16,463 nt of DNA, taken from positions 1-16,463 of the forward strand of contig JAWCKV010000021.1 of assembly GCA_038851565.1 (NCBI GenBank), given 5' to 3'. Below the pieces are notes generated by a model. It was not told the origin of the DNA, made no database searches, and worked only from the letters and a program-made list of their open reading frames with translations. This stretch comes from Candidatus Hadarchaeales archaeon (GTDB lineage: Archaea > Hadarchaeota > Hadarchaeia > Hadarchaeales > Hadarchaeaceae). How positions within the stretch are numbered: the stretch's first letter is position 1; each line of letters starts with the position of its first letter. Below, piece after piece: positions 8,109-15,962 of the stretch. Made by a program: the position numbers and the translations under genes.

Positions 8109-8981
8109 GTGGGCTTGCGAAAAGCTATCTCCGGAAAGACGATCACGGGTCTTTTTGCAGCCTTGTCAATAATTTTCGTTTTCCTGATGTTCATATTCGT
8201 CTTCTCTCAATCGCTTCCGGTGTTATGGAATTTTGGAATTACCGGCTTCATCTTTAACCCCACTTGGCTACCAACGGCCGAACCGCCTTCATTCGGCATT
8301 CTTTCCATGATTTCCGGAACTCTTCTTGTTACCCTGCTCGCGATGTTGATCGCGCTCCCGCTCTCGCTCTTCGGAGCAATGTACATCTCTGAAATCGCAC
8401 ACCCGAAAATTAGGGATCTTCTGAAGACCACCATTGAGCTTCTCTCGGCCGTGCCATCCGTTGTTTACGGTTTCTTCGGCCTGATTGTGATCGTGCCATG
8501 GATACAGAGCACATTCGGCCTGCCGACTGGACAGACTGCGCTTACCGGTGGGATAGTCCTGGCGATGATGATACTTCCCACCATGCTGAGCATTACGGAG
8601 GACTCTTTGAGGGCGGTTCCGAATGAGTACAGGGAGGCCTCGCTTTCGCTCGGTGCCACCAAGTGGCAGACGATAAGGAGGGTTGTGATTCCAGCTGCTT
8701 CTTCCGGAATCGTGGCCGGAACCCTTCTAGGTCTGGGCAGGGCCATAGGTGAGACGATAGCCGTCATGATGGTCACCGGCGGGTCGGCCGTAATACCTAC
8801 ATCGATCTTCTCACCGGTTAGGACCATGCCGGCGACAATAGCATGGGAGATGGGCGAGGTTTCGTTTGGCTCGATGCATTACAGCGCGCTTTTCGGCATA
8901 GGTTTGGTCCTGTTTATCATAACCTTTACCATAAACTTCGCCGCCCACAGGATAATCTCGCGCAGGATAGGGGGGATGTGA
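8109..8981 (+). CDS. pstC: Phosphate ABC transporter permease PstC
   Basis: IELLSAVPSVVYGFFG, EAA-like motif EDSLRAVP.EYREASLSLGATKWQTI, GRAIGETIAVMMV; multiple TM segments. Start uncertain (GTG 8109 or TTG 8115; the ORF-track start at 8037 overlaps pstS). Confidence 0.93.
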   Translation: MGLRKAISGKTITGLFAALSIIFVFLMFIFVFSQSLPVLWNFGITGFIFNPTWLPTAEPPSFGILSMISGTLLVTLLAMLIALPLSLFGAMYISEIAHPKIRDLLKTTIELLSAVPSVVYGFFGLIVIVPWIQSTFGLPTGQTALTGGIVLAMMILPTMLSITEDSLRAVPNEYREASLSLGATKWQTIRRVVIPAASSGIVAGTLLGLGRAIGETIAVMMVTGGSAVIPTSIFSPVRTMPATIAWEMGEVSFGSMHYSALFGIGLVLFIITFTINFAAHRIISRRIGGM

Positions 8982-8982
8982 C

Positions 8983-9837
8983 GTGAAATCAGAGAAGCTG
9001 AGCCAGACCATGGCGTTCTGGACCGCCCGAATCTCAATAATCATCGTGCTGGCTTTCATAGGGCTGCTCCTGTTTTTCATAGTTGTAAACGGCGTGGAAG
9101 TCATGAGCTGGGAATTTCTCACCGAGTATCCGCGTGAGGGAATGACCAGAGGAGGGATATTTCCCGCGATCGTCGGCACGCTGTTGCTTGTTTCCCTATC
9201 CGTGGCAATTGCGCTTCCTCTGGGTTTGATGACCGCGCTTTATCTGGTCGAGTACGCAAAGAAGGGAAGGTTCGTCAACTTGGTCATAAGCGCAATCTAC
9301 AATCTCAACGGAGTTCCGTCAATAGTCTTTGGGCTTTTCGGCCTGTTGTTCTTCGTAAAGTTCCTGGGATGGGGTGTCTCCCTCATCTCTGCGGCGTCCA
9401 CGCTTGCGCTCATGATTCTCCCCACAATAATAATGAGTTCGGTCGAGGCCCTGAAGAGCGTCCCGGACTCATTTAGGGAGGGGAGCATGGCGCTCGGAGC
9501 GAGCAAGTGGAAGACAATATTCAAGGTCGTGCTGCCAGCGGCGTTTCCCGGAATAATCACCGGCACGATGCTCGGGGTAGGAAGGGCCGCCGGAGAAACT
9601 GCCCCAATACTCTTCACGGGCGCTGTTTTCTACACGAGAGGATTGCCAAGCTCCATATTTGCCCCGGTGATGGCGCTGCCCTATCATCTTTTCGCCCTTA
9701 ACATGGAACATCCGGACATAGGGGCCGCAAGGCCAATGGCTTTCGGAACCGCACTAACCCTGTTGATTCTTGTGCTGGTGATGTACCTGGCGGCGTCACT
9801 CATAAGGCGCCATTACAGAAAGAGCAAGCTGTGGTAG
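8983..9837 (+). CDS. pstA: Phosphate ABC transporter permease PstA
   Basis: [59 protein letters not shown] start. Confidence 0.95.
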   Translation: MKSEKLSQTMAFWTARISIIIVLAFIGLLLFFIVVNGVEVMSWEFLTEYPREGMTRGGIFPAIVGTLLLVSLSVAIALPLGLMTALYLVEYAKKGRFVNLVISAIYNLNGVPSIVFGLFGLLFFVKFLGWGVSLISAASTLALMILPTIIMSSVEALKSVPDSFREGSMALGASKWKTIFKVVLPAAFPGIITGTMLGVGRAAGETAPILFTGAVFYTRGLPSSIFAPVMALPYHLFALNMEHPDIGAARPMAFGTALTLLILVLVMYLAASLIRRHYRKSKLW

Positions 9838-9839
9838 AG

Positions 9840-10595
9840 ATGAAGACCAAAATCAGAATAGAGGATCTCAACGTTTGGCTCGGTGGGAACAGGATACTGA
9901 AGAACATATCGATGAACATTTACGAGAAGAAAGTTACGGCCGTGATCGGGCCATCAGGTTGCGGAAAAACCACCCTGATCAGGACACTCAATCGTCTTGT
10001 TGAACTTTCAGATGGAGCAAAAATAACGGGCAAGGTGCTGCTAAACGGAAAGCCGATATACTCTCCCCAGGTAGACGTCAACGAACTCAGGCGAAGAATT
10101 GGAATGGTGTTCCAGAAACCCAACCCTTTCCCCATGTCGGTCTTCGAAAACGTGGCCTACGGACTCAAGATAAACCACAGGCTCGGCTCAGACGAGATCA
10201 GAAAAAGGGTGGAAGAGGCTCTGGAAAAGGCGGCCCTCTGGGACGAGGTGAAGGACAAGCTGAACTTTCCCGCCCTATCCCTGTCAGGGGGCCAGCAGCA
10301 GAGGCTCTGCCTCGCCAGGGCCCTCGTGGTGGAGCCGGAGGTGCTCCTCATGGACGAACCTTGTTCCGCTCTCGATCCCATAGCGACCATGAAGATAGAG
10401 GACCTTGTCCATGACCTGAAGAAGGACTACACCATAATCATAGTCACACACAACATGCAGCAGGCCGCAAGGGTTTCCGACTACACGGCCTTTTTATATC
10501 TGGGAGAACTCGTGGAATTCGGGGCTACTCAGGACATATTTGAGAACCCGAGGGACCCGAGAACACAATCGTACATAACGGGAAGATTTGGGTAG
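9840..10595 (+). CDS. pstB: Phosphate ABC transporter ATP-binding protein
   Basis: Walker [66 protein letters not shown] 9840 (alternative GTG 9831). Confidence 0.97.
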   Translation: MKTKIRIEDLNVWLGGNRILKNISMNIYEKKVTAVIGPSGCGKTTLIRTLNRLVELSDGAKITGKVLLNGKPIYSPQVDVNELRRRIGMVFQKPNPFPMSVFENVAYGLKINHRLGSDEIRKRVEEALEKAALWDEVKDKLNFPALSLSGGQQQRLCLARALVVEPEVLLMDEPCSALDPIATMKIEDLVHDLKKDYTIIIVTHNMQQAARVSDYTAFLYLGELVEFGATQDIFENPRDPRTQSYITGRFG

Positions 10596-10606
10596 GAGGT
10601 GATAAT

Positions 10607-11257
10607 ACGAGAAAATCGCTTGCGGACGAGCTGAAAATCCTGGAAAAGGAGATCAACCGGATGGGGGATCTGGCAGCGGATGCAGTCACCAACGCCGTGA
10701 AATCGCTTGTGGACAGGGACATCAAGCTTGCTGAGAAGGTTATCAAGATGGACGATGAGATAGACAGACTCGAGCTGAAGACCGAACACGACTGTATGGT
10801 GACAATCGCACTGCAGCAGCCGATGGGGAACGATCTGAGAATGGTCGGAGCGTGCCTTAAGATAGTGACTGACCTTGAAAGGATAGGCGACCGCGCGGTG
10901 GACATAGCGAAGATAGTGAAGAGGATAGCAAAAAGGCCCCCGGTGAAGCCGCTGATAGACATCCCGCGGATGGCCGAGATTTCCGTGGGTATGATCCGCG
11001 GCTCCATGGAGGCATTCTCAAAAAGAGACGCCAAGCTGGCCAGGGAGATCGGGAAGAGAGACGACATGGTCGACAGCCTGTGCACGCAGGTCGGAAGGGA
11101 GCTGATGTACATCACCATAACGAGACCAACGCTGGCTAGCGACGCCGCAAACCTGATGTTCATCTCGTCCTTCATCGAAAGGATCGCTGACCACGCCACG
11201 AACATCGCAGAGCGCGTCATATACATGGTTGAGGGACGCCTCGTCAAAATAAACTGA
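10607..11257 (+). CDS. phoU: Phosphate signalling complex protein PhoU
   Basis: DDEIDRLE, ALQQPMGNDLR, TDLERIGDRA, DDMVD, IERIADHATNIAE. First ATG is 10661, but a PhoU-like N-terminal helix (RKSLADELKILEKEINRM) extends to ACG 10607, which follows GGAGGTGA. Confidence 0.95.
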   Translation, partial: TRKSLADELKILEKEINRMGDLAADAVTNAVKSLVDRDIKLAEKVIKMDDEIDRLELKTEHDCMVTIALQQPMGNDLRMVGACLKIVTDLERIGDRAVDIAKIVKRIAKRPPVKPLIDIPRMAEISVGMIRGSMEAFSKRDAKLAREIGKRDDMVDSLCTQVGRELMYITITRPTLASDAANLMFISSFIERIADHATNIAERVIYMVEGRLVKIN

Positions 11258-11274
11258 GGAAACTCAAATTTACG

Positions 11275-11290
11275 GAAAATTATTTTATTA
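11275..11290 (+). promoter_or_regulatory. Putative BRE/TATA internal promoter for pit-DUF47
   Basis: GGAAAA-TTATTTTATTA about 37-50 nt upstream of the pit ATG; the T-rich run could instead or also act as the phoU terminator. Confidence 0.45.
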
Positions 11291-11326
11291 CACCCAGTCT
11301 AATCACTCTGGGCTGGGGAGGGCCAC

Positions 11327-12547
11327 ATGATTGAACTGCTAATATACGGTGTGGGGATAGCTCTGTCATTCCTGATGGCGCTGGCGCTCGGGATGAACGA
11401 CGCCTCTAATCCCACGGACTGCACGGTCGGCTCCGGTGCCCTGCCGATAAGGAAGGCCCTCATCATCTTCGCAATATTCTCCGCCGCCGGGGGCATCCTG
11501 ATCGGCCCATTCGTCATGAAGACCGTGGACAGGGGGCTCATCCCCAGACAGCTGCTGAGCCTGGAGGCCGTGGCGGTCGGCAGCTTCACGGCGGTCCTTT
11601 CGGCCATCATATGGATAGTTTTCAGCACGTGGAAGGGCATGCCCGTCTCCACGACGCATTCCGTGGTAGGCGGGATACTCGGCTTCGGGTTGGTTTTCTG
11701 TCCCCCCATGATAAACTGGAGCGTCCTGACAACGGTGGTTGTGGCCTTCTTGGTCGCGCCCCTCTCGTCGCTGGCCTTGGCAGGCTGTATGTACAGGTTC
11801 TTCAGGTGGTACCTGTCGAGAACAGGGGGCAAGAGGGGCTATATCCTGCTCATATCCGCCTTCGCATTCATAATCAGCCTTATCGTCTCCCTCTCTGTGC
11901 TCGGGAGGCTGCTGATGGTGAACATCCAGATGACGCTCCTCCTGGGACTCGTGCTCTCGCTTGGAATATCGTCCCTGGCGGCGTGGGGCGTGAGGAGAGG
12001 GTCCAAAGAGGGTTTTAACCCGGTGAGATGCTTTTCGTACCTGCTCATAATCTCCCTCTGCTTCTCCGCGTTCTCATTCGGGGCGAACGACATGGCGAAC
12101 TGCACGGGAGTTTTCATCACTCCCACCGAGAAGATCATAGGAGGGATGCCAACATCTGACGTCATGTTCCTCCTCTCCGTCCTAGGTGCAGCCGGAATAG
12201 CGATCGGCGGGCTGAAGTGGGGGCACAGGGTGGTGGCCACATCCGCTTACAGGGTGACGAAGCTGGATCCCGTGAGCGGGGCTGCGGCGGAGTACTCAAA
12301 TGCCCTTGCCGTTTTCCTCTACACGGTTGTGCCAGCCTTCCTCTGGGGCTTCGGCATCCCGGTTTCCACAACCCACTCAAGCGTGGGCTCCATCATAGGG
12401 GTGGGGCTCGCCATGAGGGGGATAGGGGGCGTTGACAGGAAAACCGTTGGGAAGATCATCGGTTTCTGGATCCTGACGGTGCCCTGCGTAGCATTAATAA
12501 GCATGGGGCTCTTCTGGTTATTTAGCCATCTGGTGGTGATCGCATGA
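11327..12547 (+). CDS. pit: PiT (PHO4) family inorganic phosphate transporter
   Basis: Twin signatures GMNDASN and GANDMAN, GMPVSTTHSVVGG and GIPVSTTHSSVGSIIGVG; highly hydrophobic. Confidence 0.93.
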   Translation: MIELLIYGVGIALSFLMALALGMNDASNPTDCTVGSGALPIRKALIIFAIFSAAGGILIGPFVMKTVDRGLIPRQLLSLEAVAVGSFTAVLSAIIWIVFSTWKGMPVSTTHSVVGGILGFGLVFCPPMINWSVLTTVVVAFLVAPLSSLALAGCMYRFFRWYLSRTGGKRGYILLISAFAFIISLIVSLSVLGRLLMVNIQMTLLLGLVLSLGISSLAAWGVRRGSKEGFNPVRCFSYLLIISLCFSAFSFGANDMANCTGVFITPTEKIIGGMPTSDVMFLLSVLGAAGIAIGGLKWGHRVVATSAYRVTKLDPVSGAAAEYSNALAVFLYTVVPAFLWGFGIPVSTTHSSVGSIIGVGLAMRGIGGVDRKTVGKIIGFWILTVPCVALISMGLFWLFSHLVVIA

Positions 12548-13221
12548 GCGCGAAGGGTCCTCTCGCGTGGATGGGCGAGGCCAGGGAGAAGAAGATCCTG
12601 GAGATATGCGCGGAGCACATGAAAAAGGTGGTCGACACGGTTGTCGGGTTGAGGACAACTCTGGAGGGATTTATCGACGGGGACAGAAAGAAGATGTCCT
12701 CGGGCTTCAAGACGGTGTTCGAGTCGGAGCGCGCCGCAGACGAGCTGAAGAGGAGGATACTGGAGGAGCTCAGCGTTGGCATATTCCACCCGATCCACAG
12801 GGACGAGATAATAAGGCTGACAATGACCGCCGACGAGGTCGCTGCCAACGCCAAGGCGGCTGCGCGAAAGCTGAACCTCATAGAGCGCAAAAAGGTCACT
12901 CCGAGGCTCGGCGAGATACTGAAGAAGTTCGCAAATGAGCTCATAAACGCGGCCGAGACCATGCAGAAGGCGTTCCTGTCGCTAGCGAAGGACCACAAGG
13001 AGGCCGTAGACCTCTCACACGAGGTAGAGAGGTATGAGGAGAAAGTGGACGATCTTAGAGCAGAGGAACTCACCCCCGAGCTCATGAAGTGGTACAAGAG
13101 GGTAAAGGAGATCGGGATATCCCTCGTGCTGAAGGAGATGACGGACAACATGGAAAATGTGGCGGACTTCTGCGAGGACGTGAGCGACATTATCCGAGTG
13201 ATGGCGATAAGCCACGTGTGA
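12544..13221 (+). CDS. DUF47/TIGR00153 PhoU-like phosphate transport regulator (Pit accessory protein)
   Basis: ERAADELKRRI...L....F.P..R.EII.L....DEVA, EEKVDDLR, ENVADFCEDVSD; ATGA overlap with pit; SD GGTGGTGA. Confidence 0.9.
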   Translation: MSAKGPLAWMGEAREKKILEICAEHMKKVVDTVVGLRTTLEGFIDGDRKKMSSGFKTVFESERAADELKRRILEELSVGIFHPIHRDEIIRLTMTADEVAANAKAAARKLNLIERKKVTPRLGEILKKFANELINAAETMQKAFLSLAKDHKEAVDLSHEVERYEEKVDDLRAEELTPELMKWYKRVKEIGISLVLKEMTDNMENVADFCEDVSDIIRVMAISHV

Positions 13222-13223
13222 GA

Positions 13224-14585
13224 TCAGTTCTTGACGCTCCTCGCTGCCCTGCTGATCTGACCGCCCCTTCTCAGGAACTTCTCCGGGGACCACTTCGGGA
13301 CCCTCACCACCACGCCCCTTCCGAAGAGTCCGCCGAAGTCCACTACATCGCCCGGCTTCTTTCCGGGTACCGGGATCACCCTGACCGATGTTGTCTTGTC
13401 ATTGATCATCCCTACAGCGGCCTGATCTGCCATCAGCCCTGCGATCGTCCAGACATCTGTATCCCCGGGAACGCAGACCATGTCGAGGCCCACAGAACAC
13501 ACGCTGGTGAGAGCCTCCAGCTTCTCGATCGTCATGCAGCCTTCAGCCACCCGCCTGCTCATCCCCCCGTCCTCGGTAACGGGAATGAGCGCGCCGCTTA
13601 GGCCGCCGACGCGGGTGCAGGCCATCATGCCTCCCTTCTTTACGCTGTCAACCAGAAGCGCCACAGCGGCAGTCGTTCCGGGCGCCCCGCACCTTTCCAC
13701 GCCCATCCTCTCCACGACCTCCGCAATGCTGTCGCCGGGGGCTGTGGTGGGAGCGATTGAGGCATCCACTATCCCGAACCTCACGCCCATCCTCCTCGCG
13801 ATCTCCCTTCCGAGGAGTTCTCCAACCCTGGTCATCTTGAAGGCTGCGCGCTTTATCGCATCGCTCAGCTCATCAACGCTTCCGCTGCAGGCCTCAACTG
13901 CCGCCCTTATCACGCTTGGTCCGCTGATGGCCACGTTCACGACCGCCTCGCCCTCCTCAACTCCGTGAAACGCGCCAGCCATGAAGGGGTTGTCCCCGGG
14001 AGCGTTGCAGAAGACCGAAAGCCTCGCACAGCCGATGCCGTTCTCCCTCGCCGTTAACTCCGCAGTCTCCTTGACCTTCGACGCCATGATGTTCACGGCA
14101 TCAAGATTTATCCCGGCCCTTGTGCTCGCCACGTTGACGCTCGAGCACAGCCTCTTCGTTCTCGACAGGGCCACGGGTATCGAGTCCATGAGAACGGAAT
14201 CCGCGCCTGTAATTCCCTTCTCCACGAGGGCGCTGAACCCGCCTATCAGGTCCACGCCGGCCTTATGCGCTGCCCTCTCGAGGGCGAGGGCGATCCTCAG
14301 GGCATCCCTCCTCGTGGGAGAGGCGCCCAGGAGCAGGGCAGCTGGCGTGACGGAGATCCTCCTGTGGGTTACCAGAACGCCAAACTCACTCGACACCGAG
14401 TTGACAGCGCCGACGAAACCAGATGCAACCTCGCCTATCTTCCTCTCCATCCTCTCCGCAGTTCTCCCCCCATCCCCGGCGACGCAGTCCAGCAGGTTTA
14501 TTCCAAGCGTTATCGCCCTGACATCGAGGCTCTCCACGTGGAGCATCCTGAAGGTCTCAAGTATCTCCTCGCTGGTGAACTTCAA
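13224..14585 (-). CDS. DUF711/UPF0210 PFL-like fold protein
   Basis: EILET..M...E.LDVRAITLGINLLDC, RISVTP, GGFSALVEKG, CSSVNVAS, FCNAPGDNPFMAGAFHG, KLEALTSVCSVGLDM; TTG start after AGGTGG + 4 nt. Confidence 0.92.
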   Translation of the reverse strand: MKFTSEEILETFRMLHVESLDVRAITLGINLLDCVAGDGGRTAERMERKIGEVASGFVGAVNSVSSEFGVLVTHRRISVTPAALLLGASPTRRDALRIALALERAAHKAGVDLIGGFSALVEKGITGADSVLMDSIPVALSRTKRLCSSVNVASTRAGINLDAVNIMASKVKETAELTARENGIGCARLSVFCNAPGDNPFMAGAFHGVEEGEAVVNVAISGPSVIRAAVEACSGSVDELSDAIKRAAFKMTRVGELLGREIARRMGVRFGIVDASIAPTTAPGDSIAEVVERMGVERCGAPGTTAAVALLVDSVKKGGMMACTRVGGLSGALIPVTEDGGMSRRVAEGCMTIEKLEALTSVCSVGLDMVCVPGDTDVWTIAGLMADQAAVGMINDKTTSVRVIPVPGKKPGDVVDFGGLFGRGVVVRVPKWSPEKFLRRGGQISRAARSVKN

Positions 14586-14593
14586 GCGACCAC

Positions 14594-14860
14594 CTAGACC
14601 CTGTGCATGGCCCTGAATATCTCCTCCCTCTGGACGACTACGCTCATTCCCAGCTTTTCCCCGGCAGAAGTCACGGCCCTCTTCAGCCCCTCAAAGCTGC
14701 TCTTCCCAAGGTCGCAGACTATCAGCATCACGAACTTGTCCCCGAGCCTAGATGACGTGAGATCCTCTATGTTTGCCCCCACACTGGCGATGGCGTTTGA
14801 GATGCCCGCCACTATTCCAATTCTGTCCGTCCCAACCGCGGTTATCACGACCCTCGTCAT
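14594..14860 (-). CDS. ACT-domain protein (UPF0237 family), usual partner of DUF711
   Basis: VITAVGTDRIGIVAGIS......ANIEDL.....F.M....D and C-terminal QREEIFRAMHRV; ATG 14860, 88 aa. Confidence 0.9.
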   Translation of the reverse strand: MTRVVITAVGTDRIGIVAGISNAIASVGANIEDLTSSRLGDKFVMLIVCDLGKSSFEGLKRAVTSAGEKLGMSVVVQREEIFRAMHRV

Positions 14861-14887
14861 TATACCAAAAACTAATCCGCTAGAGCG

Positions 14888-14896
14888 TATATAGAA
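14888..14896 (-). promoter_or_regulatory. Putative TATA box for a leaderless ACT-DUF711 transcript
   Basis: Minus-strand TTCTATATA about 28 nt upstream of the ATG at 14860; no obvious SD. Confidence 0.4.
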
Positions 14897-14904
14897 GCTA
14901 CCCT

Positions 14905-15846
14905 TCACTCGAACTCTATGGTGGCCGGTGGCTTTCCCGTGAGATCGTAGAGCACGTGGGTCACCGAGGGAATCCTGTCACGTATCCTCCTCTCTATTCT
15001 CTTCAGCAGGTCCCATGGAAGCTCAACCGCATCTGCCCTCATGGCGTCGGAGGACTGCACGACCCTGATGACTATTATCTCCCCGTACTTCCTCCTCTTT
15101 CCCTCGGTGATCCCGGTTGCCCTGTCGTTAAGCAGGACCGCGAATGCCTGAAAGCACTTCACGTCCCGGGTCTCCTCTTCAACCACGCTCGTGGCCTCCC
15201 TAACTATCTCAACCCTTTCGGGAGTCACCTCGCCCAGAACCCTCACAGATAGGCCTGGCCCGGGGAAGGGCCTTCTCTCAGCAATCTCCGGCGGCAATCC
15301 CAGCGCCCTCGCCACCTCCCTGACCTGTGGCTTGTACAGGTCAAGGAGGGGCTCAATGACCCTGTATCCATATCGCTCCATCGGACGTATCCCTATCTGC
15401 TCCAGAACGTTATGCTGGGTCTTGACCCCACCCCTGGTCTCAACCACATCCGCCGCGATCGTCCCCTGAAGGAGACACCTGGCCCCGTACTCCCTCGCCA
15501 CATCCGCGAAGGTCTCATAGAACGTCTCGCGGAAGGCCTTTCTCTTCTCCTCAGGGTCTGTCTTGCCCTTGAGAGCCGAAAAGAACCTCTCGCTGACCCT
15601 GTGGATCTTCAGATCTATTCCCTGCGCCTTCAGGGCCTTCTTCACCTGCTCCGGTTCCCCCTTCCTCATCAGCCCGTCATCAAGAAATACAACAGTGAGC
15701 TGCTTCCCTATCGCCCTGTGTCCGAGGACCGCCGTGACCATGCTGTCAACGCCTCCAGACGTTGCTGCCACGGCCCTGTCCCCGCCGACCTCCCTCCTGA
15801 TATACTCGATCTTCTCGTCCACAAACGCACGGGGATCAAACTTCAT
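14905..15846 (-). CDS. guaAB: GMP synthase subunit B (ATP pyrophosphatase + dimerisation domains)
   Basis: PP-loop SGGVDS, DDGLMRKGE, DPEEKRK, QGTI, EPLLDLYKPQVR, PFPGPGL, YDLTGKPPATIEFE; no fused GATase domain. Confidence 0.93.
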   Translation of the reverse strand: MKFDPRAFVDEKIEYIRREVGGDRAVAATSGGVDSMVTAVLGHRAIGKQLTVVFLDDGLMRKGEPEQVKKALKAQGIDLKIHRVSERFFSALKGKTDPEEKRKAFRETFYETFADVAREYGARCLLQGTIAADVVETRGGVKTQHNVLEQIGIRPMERYGYRVIEPLLDLYKPQVREVARALGLPPEIAERRPFPGPGLSVRVLGEVTPERVEIVREATSVVEEETRDVKCFQAFAVLLNDRATGITEGKRRKYGEIIVIRVVQSSDAMRADAVELPWDLLKRIERRIRDRIPSVTHVLYDLTGKPPATIEFE

Positions 15847-15962
15847 CCAAATCCCATTATTATCCCGACACGACGCTTAAAAAACCTGTTTGAGTTATGA
15901 GCCGCCCACGATGGGGTATTTAAGTCCCGGAGGATATGTTTAGAAAAAGCCGGGGGACGCTC
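15847..15962. promoter_or_regulatory. Divergent promoter guaAB / guaB
   Basis: Minus-strand TTTTTTAAG (15884-15876) about 30 nt before the guaAB ATG; plus-strand TATTTAAG (15917-15924) before guaB. Confidence 0.6.

Noticed and set aside
10560..10610. Programmed -1 frameshift fusing PstB to PhoU (the phoU frame is open across the pstB end)
   Set aside because: No canonical X XXY YYZ slippery site; pstB ends with its normal ITGRFG terminus; a perfect SD explains independent initiation
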